A model generated the notes under the pieces. It saw only the letters and a list, made by a program, of their open reading frames with translations. It was not told where the DNA came from and did no database searches. A stretch of DNA of 64,000 bases. Origin: an uncultured Poribacteria bacterium (lineage in GTDB: Bacteria > Poribacteria > WGA-4E > WGA-3G). Position 1 is the first letter of the stretch. Each line of letters begins with the position of its first letter. This document shows, piece after piece, positions 29,105 to 40,397 of this stretch. The stretch spans positions 1,728,001 through 1,792,000 of the forward strand of contig OX638351.1 in assembly GCA_951813565.1 (NCBI GenBank), in the 5' to 3' direction. The position numbers were made by a program, and so were the translations under genes.

Positions 29105-30064
29105 TTAGTCAGCGGCAAGATATTCACCGGACTCAGCATCCTGCCATTGGAACTGGAGTTCAGCAGTTTCATGAGGTTTAAACGCTATAGCAACATCTTC
29201 AACGGGAGGCCCTACAATCTCAATCTGACTAAGATCTGCAGTGCCGCAACCCAATTCATCAGCATAGCGGAATAGCCCAATCTCTAAAGGTTCAAATCCC
29301 ATTGCTTTTGATGTAACAGCGTCTGCTGCAAACACATCACCACTTGCTACTGCAATACCGAGTGGAACAGAATTAGTGCCACCCGGACCGTTGCCTTGCA
29401 ATCCAACAGTCCCATCAATAATTGCAATGTCAGGTTTTAGGTAGCGCGAGAGTCGAAGTAGATTGATATTGAGGGTTTGTGCCTCGCGTGGCAGTTCACG
29501 ATCACCATGACTGTGATACCCGTGCATTTTGATGCGGTCTGCCTTGTGAAGGGTTCCCATTATCATATTCTTCATAGCAAGGGTCACAACACCAGCATCA
29601 TGTGTTTTTGCTATGGCGACAGAAATTGTGCAAGGACAGTCCAACACCGTCTTCGGCATCCTAACTGTCTCCTCTTCTCGCCCAGATAGAAAAACCTTTG
29701 TCTCTACCCATTCAGTTTCTTGGTGTAGATCAACAAGCCGAATCGAGACATCGTATTCTGCCTGCAATGCTTCATAACCGAAGATTTGAAATGCCTCGCC
29801 AGAAAAAGACTCATTCGCCCCTTCTGCGATAATAACCTCTTTTGGCGGTTGTGGTGTGCTTAAAAGGAAGTCAAGCGCGCCGCGCATGACATCAACATGT
29901 GAGGATGCAAGTTGATTTGTGCTGGACAAAAAATTCGGTTTCAACAATACCTGTTCACGGACTTTTAGCGTAAGGTCTTCTCGGATATTGTTTAGTGCTT
30001 CAAAAACGTTAGAACGACGTCTGCCAGTTTTGGCAAGACCAACTTTTGTAGCATTCGTAGCCAT
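29105..30064 (-). CDS. DUF362 domain protein
   Basis: LLKPN, KTH..VTLAMKNM.G, IIDG..G..GNGP. Confidence 0.82.
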   Translation of the reverse strand: MATNATKVGLAKTGRRRSNVFEALNNIREDLTLKVREQVLLKPNFLSSTNQLASSHVDVMRGALDFLLSTPQPPKEVIIAEGANESFSGEAFQIFGYEALQAEYDVSIRLVDLHQETEWVETKVFLSGREEETVRMPKTVLDCPCTISVAIAKTHDAGVVTLAMKNMIMGTLHKADRIKMHGYHSHGDRELPREAQTLNINLLRLSRYLKPDIAIIDGTVGLQGNGPGGTNSVPLGIAVASGDVFAADAVTSKAMGFEPLEIGLFRYADELGCGTADLSQIEIVGPPVEDVAIAFKPHETAELQFQWQDAESGEYLAAD

Positions 30065-30093
30065 AAGGTTCTCCTTTTAAATCAATGGGTGTG

Positions 30094-30993
30094 TTATGTT
30101 TCCATCTGTTTCAAATCATCTAAAATTGGACGTAGAAATCCTTGATGTTTTTCTAAGAGGGCAACAGCATCAGTTCTGTTAATATTTTTTACCAACATGA
30201 CAATTGCTATTTTCGCACTTCCCCTCGCCTGTTTCAACGTGGTGTCGGCAATTGTAGCATCAACCCCAGTAACCGTTTGAACGATTCGGATGCTCCGCTC
30301 AACAAGTTTTATGTTTGAGGCATGCACATCTACCATAAGGTTATTGTAAACTTTGCCTAACTTTACCATAGATATGGTAGTAAGCATATTTAAAACCAAT
30401 TTTGTCGCTGTACCCGCTTTTAAACGGGTTGAACCCGTTATAATTTCAGGTCCGACAATTGGCGTGATGAAATGGCCCACATATTCTTTCAATTCTTCTG
30501 CTGGCGGAACACAAGAGAGGAAAATCGTTTTGACTCCCTTAGTATGTGCTTCCTTAAGAGCACCTAATACATAAGGCGTTCGCCCACTGCTTGCAATTCC
30601 GACAAGCACGTCTTGTGATGTCAGTTGATATTCTCGAACGGCTTGAGCGCCGCGTTCCGGTTTATCTTCTTCGCCTTCTACGGCTTTGCGTAGAGCAACG
30701 TCCCCGCCTGCGATAATACCTTGAACCATCTCTGGCTGAGTGCTGAAAGTTGGCGGACATTCAGAGGCATCTAATACACCCAGTCTACCGCTCGTTCCTG
30801 CACCTATGTAAAATAATCTACCCCCATGATGAAACGCATCAACGATCATCTCAACGGCTTTAGAAATTGCTTCAGATTCAGCTACCACTGCTTCAATAGC
30901 ATTTCTATCTTCCTCGTTAAAAATTTGAACGATCTCTGATATTGATTTTAGATCGATGTTCATTGAGTTTGGGTTTTGTTGTTCTGTAATCAC
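30094..30993 (-). CDS. murQ: N-acetylmuramic acid 6-phosphate etherase
   Basis: TEQQN, GAGTSGRLGVLDASECPPTF, GSTRLKAGTATK. Confidence 0.95.
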   Translation of the reverse strand: MITEQQNPNSMNIDLKSISEIVQIFNEEDRNAIEAVVAESEAISKAVEMIVDAFHHGGRLFYIGAGTSGRLGVLDASECPPTFSTQPEMVQGIIAGGDVALRKAVEGEEDKPERGAQAVREYQLTSQDVLVGIASSGRTPYVLGALKEAHTKGVKTIFLSCVPPAEELKEYVGHFITPIVGPEIITGSTRLKAGTATKLVLNMLTTISMVKLGKVYNNLMVDVHASNIKLVERSIRIVQTVTGVDATIADTTLKQARGSAKIAIVMLVKNINRTDAVALLEKHQGFLRPILDDLKQMET

Positions 30994-30995
30994 AA

Positions 30996-31904
30996 CTATA
31001 GCCGTGCCTTCGCCAATAAAACCGCGCCATACGCTGGTTCGTGTTTCGGAAATATTACGGAACCACCCAGTATTATCTTCTCAATCCATCTTTGAAGTTT
31101 ATCTGCCAAAATAGGTTGATGTAACAAATTACCGCCAGAAAATACAATCCCAAACGGATGTGTAAGTTCCAATTGCATAATCACAGTCTCTACTGCACAT
31201 GCAAGTTCACTGACAGCGGAATCAATTATTTGTGCTGCTCTCTTATCACCAATGTCTGATGCCTTAAACACCATTTCGGTCAACTGTGCAATTTCATCTC
31301 TGCTTGCTGCATGTGTCCATCGAATCAAATTGTTCGGTTCATTCAGCTCAAGTCTATTCAGAATTAGATTTGTCAATTCAGTTGAAGGTTCACGTTTATC
31401 TGCGGCACGCGCGACTGCTTGAAGTCCTTTTAGTGCGATATCGTAGCCGCTCCCTTCATCACCAAGTAGGTAACCCCATCCACCGGCACGTGCTTCTTTA
31501 CCATCCTTGCTAATGCCGTAGACAATAGAACCTGTACCTGAAATGACAATTACGCCTTCCTGTTTCCGAGTACCGCCAACTAACGCGATATGTGCATCAT
31601 GGGTTAGAATACGATCTTTGTTTATTCCTATCTCATCACAAATCTGTCCAATAACTTTTTTGTCCTCAGCACGCCCTAAACCTGCCATACCTAAACAGAA
31701 ACGAATAGTATTTAAAGCTGTGCTACCAACGTTTGCAGAAAGTTGAGAAACAATTTCTTTCAGGACATCATGTGTGCGTTCTATTCCGACTACGTGGTAA
31801 TTTGAAGGGCCAGCCTCTGCTTTAGCAATATATTGACCAGTCTCTGTCGTTAATAGACCGATGGTTTTGGTCCCACCGCCATCAATACCAATGATATAAT
31901 TCAT
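30996..31904 (-). CDS. BadF/BadG-type N-acetylglucosamine/N-acetylmuramic acid kinase
   Basis: GIDGGGTKT, ISGTGS, GGWGYLLGDEGSG; directly upstream of murQ. Confidence 0.88.
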   Translation of the reverse strand: MNYIIGIDGGGTKTIGLLTTETGQYIAKAEAGPSNYHVVGIERTHDVLKEIVSQLSANVGSTALNTIRFCLGMAGLGRAEDKKVIGQICDEIGINKDRILTHDAHIALVGGTRKQEGVIVISGTGSIVYGISKDGKEARAGGWGYLLGDEGSGYDIALKGLQAVARAADKREPSTELTNLILNRLELNEPNNLIRWTHAASRDEIAQLTEMVFKASDIGDKRAAQIIDSAVSELACAVETVIMQLELTHPFGIVFSGGNLLHQPILADKLQRWIEKIILGGSVIFPKHEPAYGAVLLAKARL

Positions 31905-32099
31905 TTGTTCTATCTTTTGCTAAAGAATGGCCTAACACGGAACATACGATTACGTTTCTAAATTCTCTGATCGAAATAAAAAACAATGCCTGCTACATCG
32001 GATACAGGAAAATTCTATTGACAACCCCGCTCGAATCAGTTAAAGTAATTTATCATAATTCAATTGAAAATACAATCAAATTAAACTTGGAGCCTCCAA

Positions 32100-33068
32100 A
32101 TGATCAAGACAAACCCCTTTATCCTAATGATTTTAATCGGAAGTATTGCGTGCCTCGGTTGCTCACAAGATGCATCACAAATTGAGTGGAAACGGATAAA
32201 TAGCGGCACTGACGCACATCTGTACGGTATTCATTTTGTGGATGCTAAACTTGGGTGGGCAGTTGGTACTGATAGTGTTGTTTTGTCCTCAAAGGATGGT
32301 GGTAAAACTTGGAGTGGATTAGATGCAAGATCCATAACTAAAGACACTTTTTTTACCAAAGTTAGTTTTACAACGCCAAATAATGGTTGGCTTGTTGGCA
32401 TAGGAAAAGTGTATTACACAGGTAGCGGTGGGAACTCGTGGAACATTCAACACCAATTACGTCCTGTGGGCATGAGATCTCCTGGTATCTTGGATATTTA
32501 TTTTGTTGATACGACAGAAGGTTGGGCTGTTGGGGGAATCGGTACTGGAGGAATCAGCACCATTCTCTACACCGAGAATGGCGGCACCAAATGGGAAAAA
32601 GTCGTAAATCCCTCGGATAAACATCTGTGGGGTGTGTATTTTGTGGATTCTGAACATGGTTGGGTTGTCGGTGAAGAGGGAGAGATCCTGCATACAAGAG
32701 ATGGTGGGAAACAATGGGTGCGCCAAAACAGTAATGCTGAACAACCTTTATTCGCAGTACATTTTGCGGATCTTATGCATGGTTGGATTGTGGGGACAAA
32801 TGGACTGATTTTGCATACCGCTGATGGCGGACAAACTTGGGGAAAACAGCAAAACCCGACTAAACAGAGCTTACGAGATGTAGCATTCCAAAATGAAAAA
32901 GAAGGTTGGGCAGTCGGAGAGGAAGGCTTAATTTTACATACAACGGATGGTGGTACTACGTGGAATCAATACGCTTCACCTACGACAAATAATTTGCAGG
33001 ATATTTTTCTCTTAAAAAATTCGGGTTGGATTGTTGGTGAAAAAGGTACTGTTCTGCGGAGTTTTTAG
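32100..33068 (+). CDS. YCF48-like beta-propeller (BNR repeat) lipoprotein
   Basis: Lipobox CLGC; repeated F.D...GW.VG..G.ILHT.DGG.TW. Confidence 0.88.
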   Translation: MIKTNPFILMILIGSIACLGCSQDASQIEWKRINSGTDAHLYGIHFVDAKLGWAVGTDSVVLSSKDGGKTWSGLDARSITKDTFFTKVSFTTPNNGWLVGIGKVYYTGSGGNSWNIQHQLRPVGMRSPGILDIYFVDTTEGWAVGGIGTGGISTILYTENGGTKWEKVVNPSDKHLWGVYFVDSEHGWVVGEEGEILHTRDGGKQWVRQNSNAEQPLFAVHFADLMHGWIVGTNGLILHTADGGQTWGKQQNPTKQSLRDVAFQNEKEGWAVGEEGLILHTTDGGTTWNQYASPTTNNLQDIFLLKNSGWIVGEKGTVLRSF

Positions 33069-33110
33069 GATTCATCAGATTTGTAGTGAAAACCACTCGT
33101 ACTATAAAAA

Positions 33111-33462
33111 CTATAGTTTGGACATTTTTTTAAACGTGAGCTGATATAAGAAATTAGTTCACAACTTATTTCATCAAATCAACACACAACGGACAAAACG
33201 GAAACTCTCTTTGCTCCAGCGGAGCAATATGTTTATAGCCACATTATGAAACGACATATCCGCTCCAGCGGAGCGGTCCGTGACTTCCGACACATAGCAC
33301 TCCGCTGGAGTGCTAGAATATGCCATACCGTTTTCTATAAACATAGCACTCCGCTGGAGTGCGGCATTTTTCGTGGTGTTCCACTAATATGCGAAACTCG
33401 TCCAAAAATAGATTCTCCGTTGAAATTCAACTTTCACGAGACAAGAATTGTCCAAACTATAG
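33111..33462. mobile_element. 352-bp CTATAGTTTGGAC-type MITE, copy 2
   Basis: Homologous along its full length to 19241-19592. Confidence 0.85.
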
Positions 33463-33480
33463 TATCAAAAACATATTAGC

Positions 33481-33660
33481 AGTCATACGCCAAGCAAGAC
33501 GCAGCTGCTTGCCAACTATCCGAATCCATTCAATCCTGAAACATGGATACCATATTAGTTAGCAAAACCGAGCGATGTGTTGGTTAGCGTTTATGATGTG
33601 CGCGGTAACGTTGTGCGTCAACTTTATTTGGGACATCAGGCTGCAGGTTTATATCAAATA
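33481..33660 (+). pseudogene. Remnant of a T9SS type A-like C-terminal sorting domain
   Basis: Manual translation TPSKTQLLANYPNPFNPETWIPY*LAKPSDVLVSVYDVRGNVVRQLYLGHQAAGLYQ; internal TAG, no start. Confidence 0.82.
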
Positions 33661-33761
33661 GGCGCGGTATCAAACCGCGCCTATAACGGATGTTCACATA
33701 TTTAGATTTACAAAATATGCTTTATGAATGACTATCCTTGTGGGAAAAGGATTTGTAAATC

Positions 33762-34811
33762 TTACTTTTGTTCTGGGAAGGGGGCGCGGATGTCGTAACG
33801 TCCCTCAACAAACACAGGTAGTTTACCGCCTTCAACTAATAGATCAAGCGGGTTTGGACGTGTTTTTAATGGGAATGTAACAACGTCTTGAATGCGCAAA
33901 GATTCATAAAATGCCATCAAAATCTCAATTGTGCAGAGTCCATGTCTACCAGCATTTCTGTGTTCATCAACTTCACCTTCAATCCAAGCTAACATTTCGC
34001 TAAACTGATTGGGTTCGCTTTGACGAGGTTTGATGGTTTGCCAACCCGTGGCTTTACTGTTCAGGAGTTCAATCGTGCCATCGCCACCACGGCGGAGTTG
34101 ACCATCATCGCCATAAACAGCATCGCCACGGAGTCCAGGTCCAGGTAAATCACTTTCATAGATACCACGTATGCCGCCTTCAAAGCAGATTTCTGCCATA
34201 CACATGTCTTCAGTTCGGACACGGCGTTCCCAGCGGTCGGTTTTACGTGCAACCTGACCGATAAGCCACTGCGGTTCAGGATCACCGAGGATAAAACGCA
34301 TTTCGTCAATTTCGTGTGTTCCACGATTTAGTAATCCGTGTCCGTCACGACGAAGCATCGCTTGGGGTTGACCAATTGCGCCTTCTTGGATAAGCCTGCG
34401 TGCTTCGCAGTTTTGAGAACTAAAACGCCGTTGATGTCCCACAACCAATTTTGTGCCGTTCTTTTCACAAGCGTCCATCATGTCTTGTGCATCGCCAACA
34501 GAGGCAGCCATCGGTTTTTCAGTAATAACACCCAATGCTCCGTTTTCTGCTGCGGCGATTGTGGGTTCTGCCCGCACGCTTTGCCAAGTTGTGATGCTAA
34601 CAATGTCCAGTTCTTCTTTTTGACACATTTCTTCAAAATCAGTGTAATGTGTTGGGAGTGAAAACTCATCAGCAAATTTCGCAGCGGAGTCTGCGCTGAT
34701 ATCTGATGCAGTGACAACTTTAGCACGACCGCTACCCTTCCAACTCCGTGCATGGGCACGTCCCATGCCACCACAACCGATTACGCCAACACGATATGTT
34801 TTTTCTGCCAT
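33762..34811 (-). CDS. Gfo/Idh/MocA family oxidoreductase
   Basis: IGCGGMG, TEKPMA, GHQRRF. Confidence 0.92.
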   Translation of the reverse strand: MAEKTYRVGVIGCGGMGRAHARSWKGSGRAKVVTASDISADSAAKFADEFSLPTHYTDFEEMCQKEELDIVSITTWQSVRAEPTIAAAENGALGVITEKPMAASVGDAQDMMDACEKNGTKLVVGHQRRFSSQNCEARRLIQEGAIGQPQAMLRRDGHGLLNRGTHEIDEMRFILGDPEPQWLIGQVARKTDRWERRVRTEDMCMAEICFEGGIRGIYESDLPGPGLRGDAVYGDDGQLRRGGDGTIELLNSKATGWQTIKPRQSEPNQFSEMLAWIEGEVDEHRNAGRHGLCTIEILMAFYESLRIQDVVTFPLKTRPNPLDLLVEGGKLPVFVEGRYDIRAPFPEQK

Positions 34812-34936
34812 CTTTTACCTCATTATTTAGAATAGATGTTGATTTTAACTTCAAAGTTTAGCAAAAAGTGATACGCAATGCAAGCCAATTCTAACAGAGG
34901 CAAAGAAAGACAATCAAAATAACATGTGTCTATTTT

Positions 34937-35407
34937 AACTCAAGTTGCTACCTACAAGATAATTGACATAAAAAACACCTTTTTAATCGGATAGTTCACT
35001 ATCAGCATAGATTTTGTAGCACGGGGAATGCCATTAAGGCATTCATACCGTTGATAGCACTTTCAGTTTGCGCCCTTATGACACAAACTAAATGAAGATT
35101 AATTTTTTAATTCGGTAATTTCTTGTTAGGTATATTCTGAATATGTCAAACGCTCTTCAGTCCCGACAAATGCCATACGGGGAATGTCAAAAGGCATTCA
35201 TACCGTTGATTTGGCGCATTTGGCGTTGATTTGGTAGGGACGGAATGTTTATAGCAAGAGGTGTTATCTCTTCTCTTAGTCCCGTAGGGACGATATATCC
35301 TTGCAGCACATGGCAACAAACATATCGTCCCTACGGGACTAAGGAAAATACCGAATTTATTTTTTAATCTTCATAAAGTTTGTGCTACATAGGTAGCAAC
35401 TTAGGTT
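34937..35407. mobile_element. AACTCAAGTTGCTAC-type MITE with a nested ATGAAGATTAA-type MITE (35092-35374), REPs and micro-elements
   Basis: TIR ...GTAGCAACTTAGGTT; 5-bp duplication ATTTT. Confidence 0.82.
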
Positions 35408-35555
35408 ATTTTAATACAATTTTCACGTAGTGTTTTTCACTGTACATCTATATTTGTAACAAATACTCCGTTGGCATCGTTTATGCAAGACAATAGATAA
35501 CAACGTTAAAAACTCGATACATACGTTCCGGACAATATTAATCTTAAGGAGAAAA

Positions 35556-36827
35556 ATGCAAAAGTTAATAATCAACGGCGGTACCAGGCTTGAAGGTAAA
35601 ATTCAGATAAGCGGTTCAAAAAATGCTGTTCTTCCTATTGCAGTCGCTGCAGCAATTCTCGGTGACAGTGTCAGCGTACTCCACAATGTTCCAAACCTTA
35701 CAGATGTAAAAACGCTGAGTGCAGTTCTGGAAGGTCTGGGTGCTTCAATCATAAGAAAAAACGGCTCTCTCTATATTGAGCCGATAAACCGTATGGAATA
35801 CGAAGCGCCTTACGATCTGGTGCGACAGATGCGTGCATCTATATATGTTTTGGGGCCGCTTGTTGCGAAGTTAGGACGCGCAAAAGTTTCTTTTCCCGGG
35901 GGATGTGCTATCGGTCCGCGGCCGGTTGATTTACACATCAAAGGTTTAGAGCATTTAGGCGCAGAAGTAGAGGTAAAAAAAGGTTATATTTACGCACAAG
36001 CGGAACGTTTAGTTGGTGCCGAAATGGATTTATTAGGACAGCACGGTCCAAGTGTCGGCGCGACAGCAAACGTGATGATGGCGGCTACATTAGCCGAAGA
36101 AACAACCGTTATACGAGGCGCCGCATGTGAACCCCATATAAGTGATCTTGCCCGATTCCTCAATGCAATGGGTGCTGATATAGAAGGTATTGGCACTTCT
36201 ACCTTGACAATTCACGGTGTCAAACAATTACACGGCACAGAACATACGGTTATTTCAGACGATATTGAAGCGGGGACTTTTATGGTTGCAAGTGCGGTCA
36301 CTAACGGTGATGTTTACGTTGAAGGTGTTACTGCTGAACAAATCCATGCTGTTTCAGAGAAACTAACAGAAGCAGGTGTGCAATTAGATTGGGATGATAC
36401 AGGTGTCCGAGTCACAACACCAGGTCAACTCAAACCGATAGATGTCACGACTGCCCCATTCCCAGGATTTCCCACAGACATGCAGGCGCAAATAATGGGA
36501 CTGCTTACGCTTGCGTCGGGTACAAGTACTATCACCGAAAATGTTCATACTGACCGCTTCATACACGCTGCAGAATTGAATCGAATGGGTGCGGACATAA
36601 GGCTTGAGGGTCGTAAGGCGATAATAAACGGTGTTTCGTTTCTCAGTGGTGCACCAGTGATGGCTTCCGATCTTCGCGCTGGTGCCGTGCTTGTTGTCGC
36701 AGGAATGGCTGCTGCAGGTGAAACCACTGTTTCGCGTATCTATCATATTGACAGAGGTTACGAAGCAATTGAGAAAAAACTCAATAGTATCGGTGCTGAT
36801 ATTCGTAGAGTCAACGACGGTGAATAG
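35556..36827 (+). CDS. murA: UDP-N-acetylglucosamine 1-carboxyvinyltransferase
   Basis: SGSKNA, MRAS, PGGCAIGPRP, PGFPTDMQ, SDLRAG, HIDRGY. Confidence 0.97.
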   Translation: MQKLIINGGTRLEGKIQISGSKNAVLPIAVAAAILGDSVSVLHNVPNLTDVKTLSAVLEGLGASIIRKNGSLYIEPINRMEYEAPYDLVRQMRASIYVLGPLVAKLGRAKVSFPGGCAIGPRPVDLHIKGLEHLGAEVEVKKGYIYAQAERLVGAEMDLLGQHGPSVGATANVMMAATLAEETTVIRGAACEPHISDLARFLNAMGADIEGIGTSTLTIHGVKQLHGTEHTVISDDIEAGTFMVASAVTNGDVYVEGVTAEQIHAVSEKLTEAGVQLDWDDTGVRVTTPGQLKPIDVTTAPFPGFPTDMQAQIMGLLTLASGTSTITENVHTDRFIHAAELNRMGADIRLEGRKAIINGVSFLSGAPVMASDLRAGAVLVVAGMAAAGETTVSRIYHIDRGYEAIEKKLNSIGADIRRVNDGE

Positions 36828-36860
36828 GAAGGTTTCTAAGTATAATTGTAAGGTAATACC

Positions 36861-38162
36861 ATGTTGCGAATTATTGATATACAAACTCCAGAAAGTGAAT
36901 CCTTTATTGCGAAACTGAACGAGCGTGGTAGGTTAATGGATGAAACCATTTTAAAAACTGTGCGCCGTACGTTAAACGATGTGCAAACCGAGGGCGATAA
37001 AGCTGTCATCCGGTATACGCGCAAACTTGATGCACCACGAATTTCTGTAAAGGGACTGAAAGTTCAACAAAGCGAATTTAAACAAGCTTATGCTGAAGTA
37101 ACCCCTGACTTTATTGAGGCAATTGTACACGCAAAGAAGAACATAGAAAGTTTCCATCAAAAGCAGATGCGAACTTCTTGGTTTTCTACTGAGGCAGACG
37201 GTGTCCTGTTAGGACACATAATTCGTCCATTAAAACGCGTTGGTGTTTGTGTGCCTTCTGTCAGCCAACTTCTGGTTTCTTCACTGCTGATGAGCGTAAT
37301 ACCAGCAATTGTTGCCGGCGTTGAAGAAATTGCGGTTTGCATGGGACCAATGCGCAATAGACAGATCAACCCACACATGCTGGTTGCAGCCGTTGAATGT
37401 GGAATTAAAGAAATCTACAAATGTGGTGGTGCACAAGCAGTTGCTGCTATGGCTTATGGCACGGAGACCATCGCCCCTGTTGATAAAGTTGTTGGTCCTG
37501 GAAACCTATATGTCCAACTCGCTAAAAAAGAGGTCTACGGGCATGTTGATATTGATAAATTAGCGGGACCGAGCGAAATCCTTGTCATTGCAGATAGCAC
37601 CGCAGACCCTGATTTTGTGGCTGCTGATCTCATTTCACAAGCTGAACACAGTCCAGAATGTTCTGCAATTCTTGTAACACCATCACGTGGATTTGCTGAA
37701 CAGGTTAAGGCGGCAGTTGAAGTCCAAGCGCAGACCCTCCCTCGACAATATGAACTTGTAAAGGCATTTGAAAATTATGGTGCTGCGTTTGTTGTCAAAG
37801 GTTTAACGGAAGCGATTGCCTTCGCAAACCAGATTGCTCCCGAACACGTTGAACTACACGTTGAAAACCCGCTTGATTGGATCGGAGAAATACGGAATGC
37901 GGGTGCTATCCTCGTCGGACCTTATTCTCCTGAAGCTGTAGCGGATTATATTGCTGGACCAAGCCACATTCTTCCGACAGGCACCGCAGCACGCTACGCC
38001 TCCCCATTGAGCGTTCACGATTTTCTTAAAAAGACAAGTCTTATTTCTTACACCAAAACTGCATTAGAGAAAGTTACACCAGATGTTGTCAAACTTGCAG
38101 AAGTAGAAGGTTTGGAAGGGCATGCTGCAGCGATGAAAATCCGGTTTGAAGATGACGATTAG
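36861..38162 (+). CDS. hisD: Histidinol dehydrogenase
   Basis: GGAQAVAAMAYG, GPGN, AGPSE, SQAEH, APEH, GPSHILPT. Confidence 0.95.
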   Translation: MLRIIDIQTPESESFIAKLNERGRLMDETILKTVRRTLNDVQTEGDKAVIRYTRKLDAPRISVKGLKVQQSEFKQAYAEVTPDFIEAIVHAKKNIESFHQKQMRTSWFSTEADGVLLGHIIRPLKRVGVCVPSVSQLLVSSLLMSVIPAIVAGVEEIAVCMGPMRNRQINPHMLVAAVECGIKEIYKCGGAQAVAAMAYGTETIAPVDKVVGPGNLYVQLAKKEVYGHVDIDKLAGPSEILVIADSTADPDFVAADLISQAEHSPECSAILVTPSRGFAEQVKAAVEVQAQTLPRQYELVKAFENYGAAFVVKGLTEAIAFANQIAPEHVELHVENPLDWIGEIRNAGAILVGPYSPEAVADYIAGPSHILPTGTAARYASPLSVHDFLKKTSLISYTKTALEKVTPDVVKLAEVEGLEGHAAAMKIRFEDDD

Positions 38163-38239
38163 CCTAACACATACTACCTTACCTTGTAGAAGGGCTTTGT
38201 AAACCTGGTTGTTTCATACAAAACCATGACTGTCAATTT

Positions 38240-38899
38240 ATGAACAAAATTACTGGATTATCTCCTGTCTCCACATTTTCAATCGTTGGATATGATCCAA
38301 GCAATGGCGATTTAGGTATTGCTGTCCAATCAAAGTTTTTCGCTGTCGGAGCAGTTGTGCCGTGGGCAGAGGCTGGTGTTGGTGCGATTGCTACACAATC
38401 TTGGGCAAACACAACTTACGGACCCAGAGGATTAGAGCTCCTTAAGATTGGACTTACCGCAAAACAGACCTTAGACCATCTCATCAAAGATGATTCAGGT
38501 AAAAAAACACGACAGGTCGGCATCGTGGATGCGAACGGTGACGTTGCAAACTATACAGGCGAAGAATGCCACAATTGGGCAGGCGCTACTTCTGAAAAAA
38601 ATTATACTGCACAAGGCAACATCCTTGCGGGAGAAGATGTTGTTATGGCGATGGGAACAGCGTTTGAAGAAACAGAAGGCGAATTGGCAAATAAATTGAT
38701 GGCGGCACTCTTTGCTGGACAAGAAAAAGGCGGCGACAAACGCGGACAGCAGTCTGCTGCATTACTCGTTGTGCGGAAAAATGGCGGTTATGGCGGGTTT
38801 AACGACCGTTATATCGACTTACGTGTTGACGATGCTGAGAAACCGATCGAAGAACTCCAGCGACTCTTAGAAATACATAAAAAATTCTATCCTCGATAA
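38240..38899 (+). CDS. DUF1028 family Ntn-hydrolase-like protein
   Basis: TFSIVG, GAIATQS, AQGNIL, GGDKRGQQSAAL, DLRVDD. Confidence 0.88.
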   Translation: MNKITGLSPVSTFSIVGYDPSNGDLGIAVQSKFFAVGAVVPWAEAGVGAIATQSWANTTYGPRGLELLKIGLTAKQTLDHLIKDDSGKKTRQVGIVDANGDVANYTGEECHNWAGATSEKNYTAQGNILAGEDVVMAMGTAFEETEGELANKLMAALFAGQEKGGDKRGQQSAALLVVRKNGGYGGFNDRYIDLRVDDAEKPIEELQRLLEIHKKFYPR

Positions 38900-39093
38900 T
38901 TGATTCCTTTCTTCTTGTAAGTGCGACATCCCGAACGCGATTTCCGACAAAATGGTTAAAACCGATTATATTTTGACTTTTTTCTCAAAATATGCTACCA
39001 TTTTCCAACTACCTACAGTTTAACTGCGTTTCCACATACTATCCTATCAGAATTTCTGCAAGAGTTTCACCTTTAGAACAAATTTAGAGGTAT

Positions 39094-39831
39094 ATGATGC
39101 TAAAACAGAAACGGATCATAGCAATTGTCTTGGCCTATTGCTTGTTACTTTGTGCCTTTTTCGTTTCAAGATATGTGCTTGATTTTTCGAAATCGTTAAC
39201 AAACCGTTTTCAAACAGGGGTCCCGTTAGCGAGTTACCAACAGTTTCACGTCATCGCCCATGATTTAGATGAGATGGGCGACCTCAACGCTGAATGTAAA
39301 GCACAATTAGGAGGTGGAGTGCGGTTAGCCGATTGGAACGATATAGTAGCATTCTACGAAGCAGGCGGTTCATTAGATGACTTCATTTTAGCTCTCAATA
39401 TCTCTCTTAGGAACCCAATGTTTAATCTAATTGATAGACTTGGTGAACCTACTAATGCCCGTGATCCGTCTGTTAAAGATGATCAAGCGTGGAAACCAGA
39501 CCCACTTGGGTACGAATATCGCGTTTCAAAAGATGGAAATCTAAGATGGCAAGGGAGACGACACTATTTCGTTGAGCGGCACGACCACTTTAAACGCCCT
39601 GATTTCTTAGACCACGATAACCTAAATAATCATCAATTGACGCTGGGTTCATGGTTCGGTAAAGGAGGTTATGCACTCTGCTACGGTAAGCCTACAAAGA
39701 CTCCCATTTTTATAAACAAAGTTTTAAAGTTGATTACACCGATTGTTGCTATCTTATTCGTCGGTTGTTTATTACTCAGTTCCGTTCTTGCCGTAATGCA
39801 CATACTCAATATGCGACTGGTTAGTCGGTAG
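39094..39831 (+). CDS. Hypothetical protein with N- and C-terminal TM helices
   Basis: SD GAGG, upstream promoter-like sequence, two hydrophobic segments. Confidence 0.65.
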   Translation: MMLKQKRIIAIVLAYCLLLCAFFVSRYVLDFSKSLTNRFQTGVPLASYQQFHVIAHDLDEMGDLNAECKAQLGGGVRLADWNDIVAFYEAGGSLDDFILALNISLRNPMFNLIDRLGEPTNARDPSVKDDQAWKPDPLGYEYRVSKDGNLRWQGRRHYFVERHDHFKRPDFLDHDNLNNHQLTLGSWFGKGGYALCYGKPTKTPIFINKVLKLITPIVAILFVGCLLLSSVLAVMHILNMRLVSR

Positions 39832-39891
39832 CAGTATTACCGGGTTCAAGTATACTATAGAATGTAGTATGAGTAGTTGCTTTATCTTCCT

Positions 39892-40377
39892 TCACTGTGA
39901 TGTGTCTAACTCTACTTTTGCCTCTAAAACAAGTGGGGGGCGTTTGAATAAACCGCGAATCTTATTGGCTGCTATAAAGACCGTCCGTGAACGAATAATT
40001 CGGCGTGCCAACCGTTTTTTTCCCGGAAAATCGCTGATAATTAATCCAGATAGGATTGTCAATAATCCTTGCCCCGGTATTCCAGGGACTGCCATGAGTG
40101 CGCCCACAATGATAAGCACACCGCCCACCAGATTTTTTAACAAGGAGACAAAAATACGTAAGATCGGGTTTTTGATGTGCTGTCCTTGTTTCGTTTCAGT
40201 AAAATAGTCTGAAGGCAAAAACGTAATCAATACAGCACAACCAACGATACTTAAAACTAAACTTGTCCCTGAGAAGATGCCCACAAATAACCAATGTTCT
40301 GCTATTAGCTGTAAGAGAGCAACACACCACCCGCTAATTACCTGCCAACAAATTTTTAACGCATCAATCAACCACAA
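39892..40377 (-). CDS. PGPGW-family putative transmembrane protein
   Basis: LPSDYF...KNLVG...VPGIPGQGLLTIL.G...DFPGK. Confidence 0.75.
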   Translation of the reverse strand: MWLIDALKICWQVISGWCVALLQLIAEHWLFVGIFSGTSLVLSIVGCAVLITFLPSDYFTETKQGQHIKNPILRIFVSLLKNLVGGVLIIVGALMAVPGIPGQGLLTILSGLIISDFPGKKRLARRIIRSRTVFIAANKIRGLFKRPPLVLEAKVELDTSQ

Positions 40378-40397
40378 GAGATTCTTCTCCTAACACC